Source: Nitrosopumilus sp.
Lineage (GTDB): Archaea; Thermoproteota; Nitrososphaeria; Nitrososphaerales; Nitrosopumilaceae
Reading direction: 5' to 3'
Length of the DNA: 64,000 bases
Assembly (NCBI GenBank): GCA_965223425.1
Contig: OZ245003.1
Location: 832,001 to 896,000, forward strand
Every line of letters starts with the position of its first letter. Positions within the stretch are counted from its first letter, which is position 1. Under the pieces are notes generated by a model. It ran no database searches and was not told the origin of the DNA. It was given only the letters and a program-made list of their open reading frames with translations. This document shows positions 53,801-62,874 of this stretch, one piece after another. The position numbers and the translations under genes were made by a program.

Positions 53801-53954
53801 CTGCGGCTGTAACTGCCTCCTTTTTGTCCATTGAAATTGGTATGATTACCGAGCATGCAGAGAGTTTTTCTGCAGCAGAAAGGAACTTTTTTACCTGACT
53901 TAGCTGCCCTTTTTGTTTCTTCTTGTTTGCAAGACGCCAGCGTTTTGAGCCCAA
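50844..53954 (-). CDS. VirD4/TraG/HerA-like ATPase with C-terminal wHTH and PD-(D/E)XK-like domain
   Basis: GASGSGKT, VDPKGD, INPL, LDEFQ, ARSLG...HQ motifs; C-terminal DLVVYD...SVELE. Start position uncertain. Confidence 0.8.
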   Translation of the reverse strand: MGSKRWRLANKKKQKGQLSQVKKFLSAAEKLSACSVIIPISMDKKEAVTAAGGLVNAGIRSFELWWDSTEKSLQFVLVGEAKDISNFKQAFANMYPNAAFTDLSSTSPEWFDKKSQYQIFDVGTYHGHYTAVFDQTKSHQIITQIANTIQLSKYAWIQFTFRYYSFNAFLRKHVTRLDEKAREIKRGNYLNTSEILLHPDKKPHEHPELGYDFTNNYGGLQKHATLKMQSAHLLMSIRGLIKSDSDLDLHFDEIEALPIENIHSSHEHLTKFRYDYDEFNHENPKKTSIKIEGRKEKHCRLEVFESRLLPDPRPFLDSAVGKYFERGLFSYRERGPLPFLILNLSEIPLFIHLPNPTTPNIGTTRGVSLPVKPSQKAGANIGFFKIKKDFDWQSIWGNIEKSKDIDAAVISPTDFANHFYGVGASGSGKTSLIRLFAKHLESWNNNGKFANAFVYVDPKGDDSHKFIKQCEPDTISGGRVHFLDPQETKFSINPLELPAYQSKEREETVSRYVGYFMKTIEEWYQQSARYVQMERIFRALLFYIYMKHDAPTFLDIHDIILKLQDRGNDALPQIIQTFGTPDPEMRQALTSIATLKGDAFTPLLNRIEQFATDPVLKRMFSVRKGTVNFDEIIRAGRYTVVRISPLNMPQHVQPLAMQAFILKLWFTIQERANKVQDEKDRTQVVLALDEFQIVKDLQVLQLMLEQARSLGLGLILSHQTTEQISDKQLGIITGNSGTQLIGKVNGKDAARIAQIWDPQFQKELMQQFASQEYFHWTIREKAPPGEEQPPPVQFWLNQPPALLTVDEDYDEFVLGQLEKYGSGKVEDTATRQMSAKKSKWIQNISVPFPSQMEWKIMLMLREREMRQADMVDMLKVQNRSEVLAVLKQMISDKILKRTDDTRMSPYALTEKAREDYFDYDVTEIGSAADIEEVTKAAIDVYLKKEMFVTMATQKIRKGQDRTDLVVYDYASQIPISVELESISEVNSHREHVRYNMIKWKDMGFEKCHVWSKNSKIQEIHDALEDKEKKGVKVGVI

Positions 53955-54016
53955 GTCACAAAAAATGATTAGTTTTTTTAAAAGGATAGTACAGGATGCA
54001 GAATGCTGCTGTTGCC

Positions 54017-54388
54017 TGGCAATCGTGGCGTGGTCAGGCACCGGCTCCCTCCAGGGCAGGTCCAGATGCGGCACCATGTTCTGCATGTCCCGGTACGTGG
54101 CATTCAGCATGACTGTCAGCATGCACACGCAGTGCATCTTGGCATCAGAGTGGACTGCCTTGCGCCCCCTGACGTTGTTTCTTGCCGACGGGGGATGGGT
54201 TGTTTTTGATCAAAAAAACTAATTTGTCTGTCAGGAATCTTAGTTCCTGTGTGTGTACCAGATGGTAACTCTTCCAGTAACCATCTTTTCTTTTAATCAT
54301 TGAAGGAGCACACACACACACTCCTGATCCAAATGCATCGCTGTCAAAAAGACGTAATTCGGCGCTCAGAGGTAATTACGCAACAACT
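54017..54388 (-). pseudogene. IS5-type transposase N-terminal remnant
   Basis: TYRDMQ...VPDHATIAR motif; GTTGTTGCGTAA end resembles the 4975 TIR. Confidence 0.6.
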
Positions 54389-54453
54389 TCACTTCAAGGC
54401 CATAGTTTGATGTATAGCACTACAGGATTAGATACAGTGTCCAAAGAAGGATA

Positions 54454-55014
54454 TTATTGAGAAGTCATTTGTCGAATATTTGAAATAAACTGCTTTTCAT
54501 CTAATCCATTTTTGTATTCGTCGCCGGATGCTTGTCCATCTTGTAGTTGATACTTGCCCAAATTGTGACCCATAACAAAATAATGGTCGCCCATTTCAGA
54601 GTTTGGTTCATATCCTATAAACAACACCACATGTTCACCTACTTTGAAATTAGGATGTATTGCACTACTTGTCCAGTATTCATCAGTTTTTCCACCAACT
54701 GTCCTGACTTTTATTTTATCATCCGAATACTTGTTAGTGAATTCTTCCTCTATTACAATTACAGCGTCAGTAAAGACAATTGGTTTATTACCAAATTTTT
54801 CAGAATTTTCATCTACACTAACAATCACGTCTACTATTGTTCCCTTTATCACGTATTGCGCGTTCTCTGCAACATCATGTATTGACCAAGGATCGAGTAG
54901 GCCATCCACATGGGTTATTTGAGGGGAAGTATTCAGCATTGTAGTGGAGGTTATTCCACCGACAGCAACTACTAGAATTGCAGCTATAACGAGGCTTTGT
55001 TTTCTAGTAAACAT
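54454..55014 (-). CDS. Exported hypothetical protein
   Basis: N-terminal signal/anchor; overlaps the end of the protease gene. Confidence 0.7.
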   Translation of the reverse strand: MFTRKQSLVIAAILVVAVGGITSTTMLNTSPQITHVDGLLDPWSIHDVAENAQYVIKGTIVDVIVSVDENSEKFGNKPIVFTDAVIVIEEEFTNKYSDDKIKVRTVGGKTDEYWTSSAIHPNFKVGEHVVLFIGYEPNSEMGDHYFVMGHNLGKYQLQDGQASGDEYKNGLDEKQFISNIRQMTSQ

Positions 55015-55597
55015 CGTCTAATTCCTCAGCATCGTCTGTTTGTATGTTTAGTGCATTACAATTGTATGCGCCCCACATCACAGTATGAGCCTGTGTGCCA
55101 CTGTTTGCATCCACAAACTGAATCCAATGGCCTAATTCATGAGTAGCTACGTATTCTATATTGGGGCTAGTCGAAACAGTGCATGTATTATCTGTTTGCC
55201 ATATTCTACCTGACGTATCAAAATCAAAATCAACATCGTTGATGTATCCAAGCCAGTCATAGTTAAAGGTGGTAAGTCCAATTGTGCCGCCTGAAAGATT
55301 GGTTGCACCCACTTCATGACTGCATGTATTCTGTTTGTTGAAACGAAATGATGAGGATTGATCGTTCCAATCAGATATTGCATCGTCTGTTTCATCTGCC
55401 ACATCCTCTCCATTACCAGTACTTCCGACAACATTCATGTTGTCAAATTCACTTTCAAGAAAACAAATATCCGTACTTCCCCAAAAATGTTTATGATTGT
55501 TATAAAGAGGATGATCAGCAAATGCAAATCCCGTCATACTTATTGTGAGCAACACTCCCACAAACGTAATTACTGTCACAACATTCTTCATAGCCAT
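55004..55597 (-). CDS. Secreted zinc metalloprotease (metzincin, matrixin/snapalysin-like)
   Basis: Signal peptide; HELGHWIQFVD; TVM Met-turn. Confidence 0.8.
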   Translation of the reverse strand: MAMKNVVTVITFVGVLLTISMTGFAFADHPLYNNHKHFWGSTDICFLESEFDNMNVVGSTGNGEDVADETDDAISDWNDQSSSFRFNKQNTCSHEVGATNLSGGTIGLTTFNYDWLGYINDVDFDFDTSGRIWQTDNTCTVSTSPNIEYVATHELGHWIQFVDANSGTQAHTVMWGAYNCNALNIQTDDAEELDDVY

Positions 55598-55690
55598 TAA
55601 TTTCTTTAATCTGTTATATGTGACTTTATGCGCAATCAGTGCATGACCATGATATCCTTTATGTGGAAGACAGTAATGGGCGGTTTTTTA

Positions 55691-55993
55691 TCAGTTTGTC
55701 TGAGTAAGGCCTTTGATTCGTCTAAGTGAATATACAATCAGACCGATGCCAGATATTCCATAGCCAGTAACTAGCAGCGACAGCCTCAAATTAAAGTGGC
55801 AATCTTCTGCCTCCTCCTCTATGTTGCTGTCCATTGATAATTGTGAATACTCCACAGTATCCAACATGCACTGATACGTAAACAGATGAACCGAGTTTAC
55901 ATCCCCCGGGAGTTGCGGAAATGAGGAAAAAAATGAAAACAAGCACAGTAAAAATATCCCAGAGAACAATAATGCAAATGTTTTTTTGAACAT
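55691..55993 (-). CDS. Two-TM hypothetical protein
   Basis: Hydrophobic segments at both termini. Confidence 0.55.
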   Translation of the reverse strand: MFKKTFALLFSGIFLLCLFSFFSSFPQLPGDVNSVHLFTYQCMLDTVEYSQLSMDSNIEEEAEDCHFNLRLSLLVTGYGISGIGLIVYSLRRIKGLTQTN

Positions 55994-56059
55994 GGTAAAA
56001 AAAAGGAGTTATGGATATTCATTAATGCTTCGGACTGTCCAGTCTGTTGTGATTGTCCA

Positions 56060-56133
56060 TGGCCTAAAGGGAAGTTGAACCTCCGACAGGTGGGGTTTTA
56101 ATCCACTACGCTACCTGACTGCGTCACCGGCCC
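56060..56133 (-). pseudogene. Degenerate tRNA-like sequence (anticodon position AAA)
   Basis: 74 nt with canonical spacing: D-stem ACGC/GCGT with GG loop, anticodon stem GTGG/CCAC, GGTTCAA T-loop. Acceptor and T stems are mismatched. Confidence 0.6.
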
Positions 56134-56192
56134 ACAACACACATTGCATCTGGCAATATTAAAAACACATACACACACATCAAACCAGCTGA

Positions 56193-57023
56193 TTACCCTA
56201 CAAGCTTGTAAAGGCCGCGGGCATTACTCATTACAGGATCATCTGGAATCAACATCTCAAAGTCCTTCAGTCTTGACAAGAGCTCCTTGTTCATTCCAGG
56301 AATCAGCAGACCGCCACCAGATATTGCTATTGGATACTGGTTGTTGTAATTCTTTGACATTTCACATATCTCGCGTGTAAGATTCTCTGCTAGAATCTTG
56401 GAATATTTCCTGCATGTGTCCTTGTTCTGAAACAATTGCTTTACGTCTAGGTGTGCAAACTTGCCAATCTTTTTTGTAACAAAGTCTGATGCCCACTGTG
56501 AGCTATCCCCATCAATGACCTCCATGCTGTCAATTACAATTATTTCAGTTGTTCCCTGTCCTATGGATACTACAATTCCGCGCTTTCTGCCAAGATCCAA
56601 TATGGTGCCACATGCTTGTGGCACTGCAACACATTGCTCTACATTGAGAATTTTTTTGACCATCTTTGTGATCATATCTTTGCTGTCATACGCATAGTAT
56701 GGCAATCCCACAACAATCTTCACTTTCTCGTTGACATCTACTGGAGTCTTTGCGTTTTTGTATATCTGGTTCATTGATTCCTGTATTAGCATCTCGACTT
56801 GTTTTGTGTATTTTGAGTCAGGCTTTCCCCTGTTGATTGGCCGTATTGCAGATGTTCCCATGGTGTTTATTATGTTTAGAGCAGATTCGCCTACTGCCTC
56901 AGTTGTATTGCCGGCCCAGCTTCCGTGTATTCTTTTTACATAAACTGAGGGAAATCTCACAGAGCCATAGTCTGAAACACATTTGACAAAGCCTGTTCCA
57001 AGGTCTAATCCTATCTTTAGCAC
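56193..57023 (-). CDS. ParM/StbA-like actin-fold ATPase
   Basis: GLDLGTGFVK, SIGQGTTE, ISGGG and DDPVMSNARG actin-fold motifs. Confidence 0.85.
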   Translation of the reverse strand: MLKIGLDLGTGFVKCVSDYGSVRFPSVYVKRIHGSWAGNTTEAVGESALNIINTMGTSAIRPINRGKPDSKYTKQVEMLIQESMNQIYKNAKTPVDVNEKVKIVVGLPYYAYDSKDMITKMVKKILNVEQCVAVPQACGTILDLGRKRGIVVSIGQGTTEIIVIDSMEVIDGDSSQWASDFVTKKIGKFAHLDVKQLFQNKDTCRKYSKILAENLTREICEMSKNYNNQYPIAISGGGLLIPGMNKELLSRLKDFEMLIPDDPVMSNARGLYKLVG

Positions 57024-57388
57024 AGACCCAAATCAGGTTATAAATTTAAGCCGTTTTTTAGACAACAGGTTACATGGAATATTTTTCCATGATCTCAGAA
57101 ATAACTGGAGATACACGCTTTTTGTTTTCTAACTGGTCATCAATTTTGTCCAAATCCTTGGATAACCCATCTTGTTCCTGAGTTTTTTTAGTTATCTTTG
57201 TGTCTTTTTCAGCACGTTTTGCTTTATCTCTTGTCTCATGCTTCTCCTTGCCTAATTTTTCAATATCTTGATCCAGCTTGATATGGCAATGTGTGCTGCC
57301 CTCCCGGTTTGCACTCTACAGTAGAGCCGCTGTACCGGAAGGCACAACACATCAAAAAAAATAAAACACGTTTAAGACGCAAAACTCT

Positions 57389-57556
57389 TCACGCGGTAAA
57401 CAAACTTTTCTTAAAGTCATCAGTATCGCGTACAAATCCGCATTCCTTGCAGTACTGCCAAGACCTGTGTCGCAGTATACGCAGTGGCGCATCATAGCTT
57501 ACAGAATACATCCTGCCATAACAGTACGGACATTGCAGCGGTATCTCTATTCTCAT
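57389..57556 (-). CDS. 55-aa zinc-ribbon protein
   Basis: MRIEIPLQCPYCYG...YCKECGF. Confidence 0.65.
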   Translation of the reverse strand: MRIEIPLQCPYCYGRMYSVSYDAPLRILRHRSWQYCKECGFVRDTDDFKKSLFTA

Positions 57557-57584
57557 CAATGAAAAATAAAGTTTTCAATAAAAG

Positions 57585-58238
57585 TCACACAAGCATTATT
57601 GAAACCATTATTGCAATTACAAACGCTGCAAGCATAAACGGAAATGCAGGCATTGCCCATGTCACAAACACTCCTGTCCTTTCCTCATAGTCAGATTCTG
57701 GAGACGGTGTCTTGAGGCTGATGATCCTTTTGCCATCCCTCACACGCTCTGCACAGAAGGTAAACCTCTCATGAGCCCTTTTCTTGTGTGTTGAATAAAA
57801 CGCCATGATCTTGACTGGTGCAGAGCACTCTACATTCCCAAACAACTGCCTGTGACGAACCAAGTCCTCAACGTTGTATCGCAGATTGTAAAAAAATGCA
57901 GCAAAATGCTCCAATATCAACCCCCCAAAGAACACTGCAGCAGGATTCATCACGATCCCAAAGGATACCGGATATGCAACAGATATCACCAGTATTGCAA
58001 GTGCGTCTGCATCGCCCATCGGAAATATTTTCCACACCAAAAACGCAGTCACGCATCCCGCTGCAACTGCAAACATCACAAAAAAATCAACCTCGCTCCA
58101 GTCAAACACATACAGAATCGCGCCGATGCCTCCCCCTGCAACCCAGAGATAGTCAGGTATCTGCCTTGATCTTACATCATGGTATGATGCAATACAAAGT
58201 ATTGAAAGCATTAGGGCCATCCGTGGTATCTCTAGCAT
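57585..58238 (-). CDS. A24 prepilin peptidase
   Basis: DVRSRQIPD and GDAD aspartates; multiple TM helices; probable start MLEIPR. Confidence 0.82.
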   Translation of the reverse strand: MLEIPRMALMLSILCIASYHDVRSRQIPDYLWVAGGGIGAILYVFDWSEVDFFVMFAVAAGCVTAFLVWKIFPMGDADALAILVISVAYPVSFGIVMNPAAVFFGGLILEHFAAFFYNLRYNVEDLVRHRQLFGNVECSAPVKIMAFYSTHKKRAHERFTFCAERVRDGKRIISLKTPSPESDYEERTGVFVTWAMPAFPFMLAAFVIAIMVSIMLV

Positions 58239-58270
58239 CACAATAAAACCGCAGATTAGATAAAAACAGT

Positions 58271-58897
58271 CTAGTGCGGGTTTATCGTCTGTATTGCACC
58301 AGGATCCTCTAGTACAATTTTGTTTAGCGTATTTTCCAATCCAGCAATCCAGCAATGCAGCTCATCTAATGCCTCCTGATGCATCTCAAGTGTGTCTAGA
58401 AAATCTGCATTGATCTGAATGACATGATTTGAGATGTGTTTTGTCATCTCCTTGGAACAGAGAGCAAAGCCTGCATTGGCTATTGTCTTGTAGGAATAAA
58501 TTCCTTTGAAGGTATTTGCAATATCATGCAGGGCGTAAAATGATCTAGAGTTGTTTTTTAGTTGGTTTTTGTGCAGAGCATAGGCCTCAGATATTATGCA
58601 CAGACACAAAAAAGAAATTTCAAACTTGTGGCACAAGACTTTGCATCTGCCATGCAGGGTAAGCTTGTATCTTGCTCCCGGATGACAGTTGTCGACTTTT
58701 TCTATATAATGTTGTTTTGCCAATCTCACCATCAATGAATAATCTACACCAATATTCTGAACATCCCTGCTTGCAAGCATTTTGTGCGGATAAAATTTTG
58801 TGAGTACATTTGTGGTAATGGAATTTGTTCTAAAAGTATGCCTGTTACGTCTAAGATGATACAGCATGTGTGAGGAATAGTCATTTGTGCACGACAT
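58271..58897 (-). CDS. Hypothetical wHTH-like protein
   Basis: 208-aa ORF in operon; RLAKQHYIEK...YKLT pattern. Confidence 0.55.
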   Translation of the reverse strand: MSCTNDYSSHMLYHLRRNRHTFRTNSITTNVLTKFYPHKMLASRDVQNIGVDYSLMVRLAKQHYIEKVDNCHPGARYKLTLHGRCKVLCHKFEISFLCLCIISEAYALHKNQLKNNSRSFYALHDIANTFKGIYSYKTIANAGFALCSKEMTKHISNHVIQINADFLDTLEMHQEALDELHCWIAGLENTLNKIVLEDPGAIQTINPH

Positions 58898-58904
58898 TTA
58901 GGAA

Positions 58905-60002
58905 TCACTTCTTAGATCGTTTGGGAGAAGACAGTATCACATATTTTTCTTCCAGTCCCTTTGCCTTTGCCTTTGCAAATGCATTGTAACCTTGAGTTGC
59001 ATTACATTTGCGGATGCGTACTGATTCCATGTCTTCAACATCAAGATAACTTATCACATGGTCAGGAAGCACGTGAGTTGATTTTCCCAAGTCATCAGTA
59101 ATTGAATATGTTCCATTTGTCTCCTTTGTCATTGCAACACGGCCTGTCTTTTTGTGAACTAGCAGATCCGGGTGTGTGCCCTTTATTGGAACGTAGATCA
59201 AGTTTGGATCCTCGCGAATGTATCTGTCTGCCTTTTGCACTGCCTTGGCTGAGGGCTTTGCCTTTGGCCTGTTCTTTGATTTTAGATCCTTTATCTCTTC
59301 ATATTTTGCTATCCTCTCTTCTGTAGGGGAAATCTTTCTCTCTCTGCCAAACTCCTTTAGAGTTGTTGCAAGCGCATCAGAGCTTGGCCATGAAAACTTT
59401 TCATCAGATGTCACTTTGGATATCGTAAATGACTTTATCTGGAGTGCTGCCTGATACTGTTCTTTTTTTGCAATCTTTGAGAGATGGTTGATATAGTATA
59501 CCGGAGTTACAACAAAATACATCTTTTGTGATATCTCATCGATTAGCTCCAGGAGCACGTCTCTTGCCTCATCTGCAATCTCTGCACGTATGGTGGTGAG
59601 CAGTTCGGGGCGCTTGTCAAGCCACAGCATCTTGCATACCTCCCACCTGTCTGTGCCGTCTTGTGCAAGATAGTCTATTACCTGCCGAATCTTGAGTGGA
59701 TCAATTGTCTGCGGATTGAAATTTTTGCGCACATGTGCTATCAAAAGATCCCGCATGCTAGAATAGTCAGTTATGAGAGCATCAGTCTTGCGCACACTTG
59801 CCTTTTTGAGTCCGAGTATGGTCTCAAATTCATTAACGGCGTATAATACGGAGTTTACCCTGCCTACAGATACCGTCTGAATCTCATCGGGATTTGTTTT
59901 GGCTTTTTTGCATATTATCTGGACTAGCTTGGCCGAAGTGTTTTTTGTATATGCTGGGAGCTCCTGTATGGATGAGACGTTTACCTGCTCTGTCTGACTC
60001 AT
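58905..60002 (-). CDS. Hypothetical basic protein
   Basis: 365-aa ORF closely spaced with its neighbours. Confidence 0.65.
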   Translation of the reverse strand: MSQTEQVNVSSIQELPAYTKNTSAKLVQIICKKAKTNPDEIQTVSVGRVNSVLYAVNEFETILGLKKASVRKTDALITDYSSMRDLLIAHVRKNFNPQTIDPLKIRQVIDYLAQDGTDRWEVCKMLWLDKRPELLTTIRAEIADEARDVLLELIDEISQKMYFVVTPVYYINHLSKIAKKEQYQAALQIKSFTISKVTSDEKFSWPSSDALATTLKEFGRERKISPTEERIAKYEEIKDLKSKNRPKAKPSAKAVQKADRYIREDPNLIYVPIKGTHPDLLVHKKTGRVAMTKETNGTYSITDDLGKSTHVLPDHVISYLDVEDMESVRIRKCNATQGYNAFAKAKAKGLEEKYVILSSPKRSKK

Positions 60003-60003
60003 G

Positions 60004-60714
60004 CTAGTTTACCCCCATCTCATCTAGTGCGATATCTACTGCCCGCCTTGCCCTGTTCTGATGATTTCCATGAAGGCATGAGAAATTATTCATTACCCTT
60101 ACCTTGAATCTGTCATAATCCCTCGAGTCTGCAAACAGATGCTGTTTGCGTGATATTGCTAGATTGAGATAATAGCTTGACGAGTGGCCCTCGTTTGTAT
60201 TGATTCCAAGGTGCAGTGCGTCATCGTGTATTTCAGATATCACACTTAGCATGCTCGGGGTGTTTTTAACGCACAATACTGACTGCACTGCTTCTTGAAT
60301 CTGCATCTCGTCTATTGCCTGACTTGATTCCCTGCATGCGACATATATGGAAAACGTGGCACACTTTGCCCTAGTGTAGTATGTCTTGCTTCGAAGCAGG
60401 TGGTATATCTTCCATGCCCTCTGTTGAATGGAGTTTGAGAGTTTTAGCTTGCTGCATATGTTGGAAAACTCTGATGCACTAGAAGAATAGATGTGAATTT
60501 TTTTGTTTACCACTTTCATGTCTTTTGGGTCACATCCGTTTTCCACCTGGTGGTACAGTGGAATTACGCTGTTTTGCGTAACCAGTGAATCATCAAACAT
60601 CTTTTCTTCTAAGACAACTCCACACTTGCAGACAGATTCGCCATCAGATGTGACAGTTATGTCATTGGGCCTGTTGTGCTTGCATGTAATCAATAATTGA
60701 AACAGTTTTTTCAT
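60004..60714 (-). CDS. Divergent TFB/TFIIB-like protein
   Basis: GESVCKCGVVLEE Zn ribbon; ICSKLKL...A..IY...IYVACR cyclin fold. Confidence 0.72.
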   Translation of the reverse strand: MKKLFQLLITCKHNRPNDITVTSDGESVCKCGVVLEEKMFDDSLVTQNSVIPLYHQVENGCDPKDMKVVNKKIHIYSSSASEFSNICSKLKLSNSIQQRAWKIYHLLRSKTYYTRAKCATFSIYVACRESSQAIDEMQIQEAVQSVLCVKNTPSMLSVISEIHDDALHLGINTNEGHSSSYYLNLAISRKQHLFADSRDYDRFKVRVMNNFSCLHGNHQNRARRAVDIALDEMGVN

Positions 60715-60810
60715 GTGGAATCATCATAAATGCGTTAAGATATTTAACGAGTTTGGAATTTGATCCACTTTGAATACACCACTTTGAGTACACAAGGCAG
60801 TGCGCTACTT

Positions 60811-62175
60811 CAGTAGTTCCCAGATGTAGATTTGTGCCCAGATGTAGGTTTATGCCCAGATGCCGGTGCGTTACCGCATATTGCAATGCAAAGATCCAGA
60901 TTAGGTTACGGTGTGCAAGATGTCATGAGCACTCAAACACACGACGATCTGATCGCACACCAGTACGACATAGCATCAAACCGGTTTAAAATCTTGCGCT
61001 CGTCGTTTCAAAAGCTTGGCATGCCAATGTCTGAGAGGCACAACGCCGTATACGGATGCAATGACATACTGGACGTGCCAATCAGGGCGTCTGAGAGAAA
61101 CACGTTTGTAGAATCCCTCGTACGGCACAACAGGCTTCAAGACACGGGTGCACGTACGCCTGATGCAGACCTGGTCATGTCTGCAGTCCGTGGCGTCAAA
61201 CCGGCAGACGTGCAGGCCTGGTGTGCAAGGACGCTGGCACGCACGGTGCGGCACGCCCGCCATACAGGAATGCTGCAGGACATCGACGCCATTGCAATAG
61301 ACGTTACGGACATACCATACCATGGAGAGCAGCTGCAGGAGCATACAAGAAAGTCGCGTCCAAGGGCAGGAACATCCACGTTTCTCTCGTATGTCGCAGT
61401 GCACGGAGTCGGCAGGGACTCCTCGCAGATTGTCCTGGAATCGAAGCTGCTGCCGGCAAAGGAAAAACTGGCCGATTTTATAGCCAAAACACGCACGAAA
61501 ATCCTCAGAGGGGGCGCACACTCAAAGACTGTGTTCCTGTACGACCGCGCCTTTTACAACGTTGACTGCATGACAGAGGCAGGAAAGGGCGGGTGCCGCT
61601 ACATTATGCCTGTCATCATGAACTCCAAGATCAAGAGGATAGTCAAGATGTACAAGGACGGAAAGGCAAGCCAGGTATCGCAGCAGTCAATGACCAACAA
61701 AGACGGCGTAACTGTGACCTACAACCTTGTAATTGTCAAAAGAGACAGGAAGAAGAAGAAAAAGGGGGAGGGGGAAGAGGAGGAGGAGCAATACATTGCG
61801 TTTGCAACAAACATTCCCATCAGGAGCGCCAGAGCCATGACAGGCATCATACCGGAGCAGTACCGCAAGAGATGGGGCATCGAGACGGGGTTTCGCGTCA
61901 TAAAGGAGATCATGGGCAGGACATGCAGCAACTCCCTGTCTGTGAGGCTGCTGATGTTTTACCTGCCGCTGCTGCTGTACAACCTGTGGAGGATTGCCAG
62001 GTTCTGCCTTGATGCGGGAAAGAGGCATGGAAGAGTGTCTTCTGCGGGAAAAAAACTCACCATGGCGTTGTTTATCGTGTACATTACAAGCAGAAACGAG
62101 TTGTTTGTCAATGATCGAGGCAAGTAGAACCGATGCCAGTTGCGGTTGCGGTAAATCTACATCTGGGAACTACTG
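60811..62175 (+). mobile_element. ISH3-family IS type A, copy 3 (transposase 60832..62127)
   Basis: Same 23-bp TIR; TSD ACTT. Confidence 0.93.
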
Positions 62176-62264
62176 ACTTGGCACGCCAAAGGATATCCCC
62201 TTTGAAACATCTGAAGTTGCCTGCTTTGGATTGCTGTTTTTAACAGGTTCGTCTTTTCAAACCG

Positions 62265-62534
62265 TTGGCAGAAGAATTGTCTAAAATTGCGCCGTACAGG
62301 GTCAAGATCAATGCAACACCATGCATTCTAGTCACAAAAAACGACTCTGTTCTCATATCCTTTGAGAGACTAAAAAAATCATTTGAAATTCCACACGATA
62401 CAGTTCGGTGCATCCAGCATCGCAGAAACTCGATACTGCTCAACGCAGAGAAAAACACAAAGCTTGTGGCATATGTGATTACAACATCTAATGCAAAAAG
62501 GATATACAAAAAAATAATCAGTCAGATGGAATAG
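62265..62534 (+). CDS. Small hypothetical protein
   Basis: 89-aa ORF convergent with 62518..62874. Confidence 0.4.
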   Translation: MAEELSKIAPYRVKINATPCILVTKNDSVLISFERLKKSFEIPHDTVRCIQHRRNSILLNAEKNTKLVAYVITTSNAKRIYKKIISQME

Positions 62535-62874
62535 ATATTGTATCCATCGCTCCCAGCAATTGTTTGTACTGCTTGGTTCTAAACTCAAAGAAGCACTCTG
62601 TATCCTCTAGCCACGTTATGCGAAATTTTTGCGTGCCAAACAGTACTGATCCGACTGGTGCAAACTTTTTGATGACTTTACGTGGTATGAAATTAAGGTA
62701 GATCCCCCTCCCATCTACCTCGTATGCTACTGCCATGTTTGTAATGCACAAAACTCCGTTTCCCTGATTTGAGTTTGCCTGGATTTCAAGCAGCTTTCTC
62801 TCACAGATATTTTTGCGTACAAATATGGTCATGTCAACCTTCTGCGAGTCATTTGGATGCCCCGCCTGCCGCAC
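62518..62874 (-). CDS. Hypothetical protein (PH-like pattern)
   Basis: GVLCITNMAVAY...FFEFRT. Confidence 0.55.
   Translation of the reverse strand: MRQAGHPNDSQKVDMTIFVRKNICERKLLEIQANSNQGNGVLCITNMAVAYEVDGRGIYLNFIPRKVIKKFAPVGSVLFGTQKFRITWLEDTECFFEFRTKQYKQLLGAMDTISIPSD

Noticed and set aside
53955-54137. N-terminal extension of the 1097-aa ATPase ORF
   Set aside because: Largely derived from an IS5 transposase remnant that is in frame by chance.
56060-56133. Functional tRNA-Phe
   Set aside because: Acceptor and T stems are mismatched and the anticodon is non-standard; reported only as tRNA-like.
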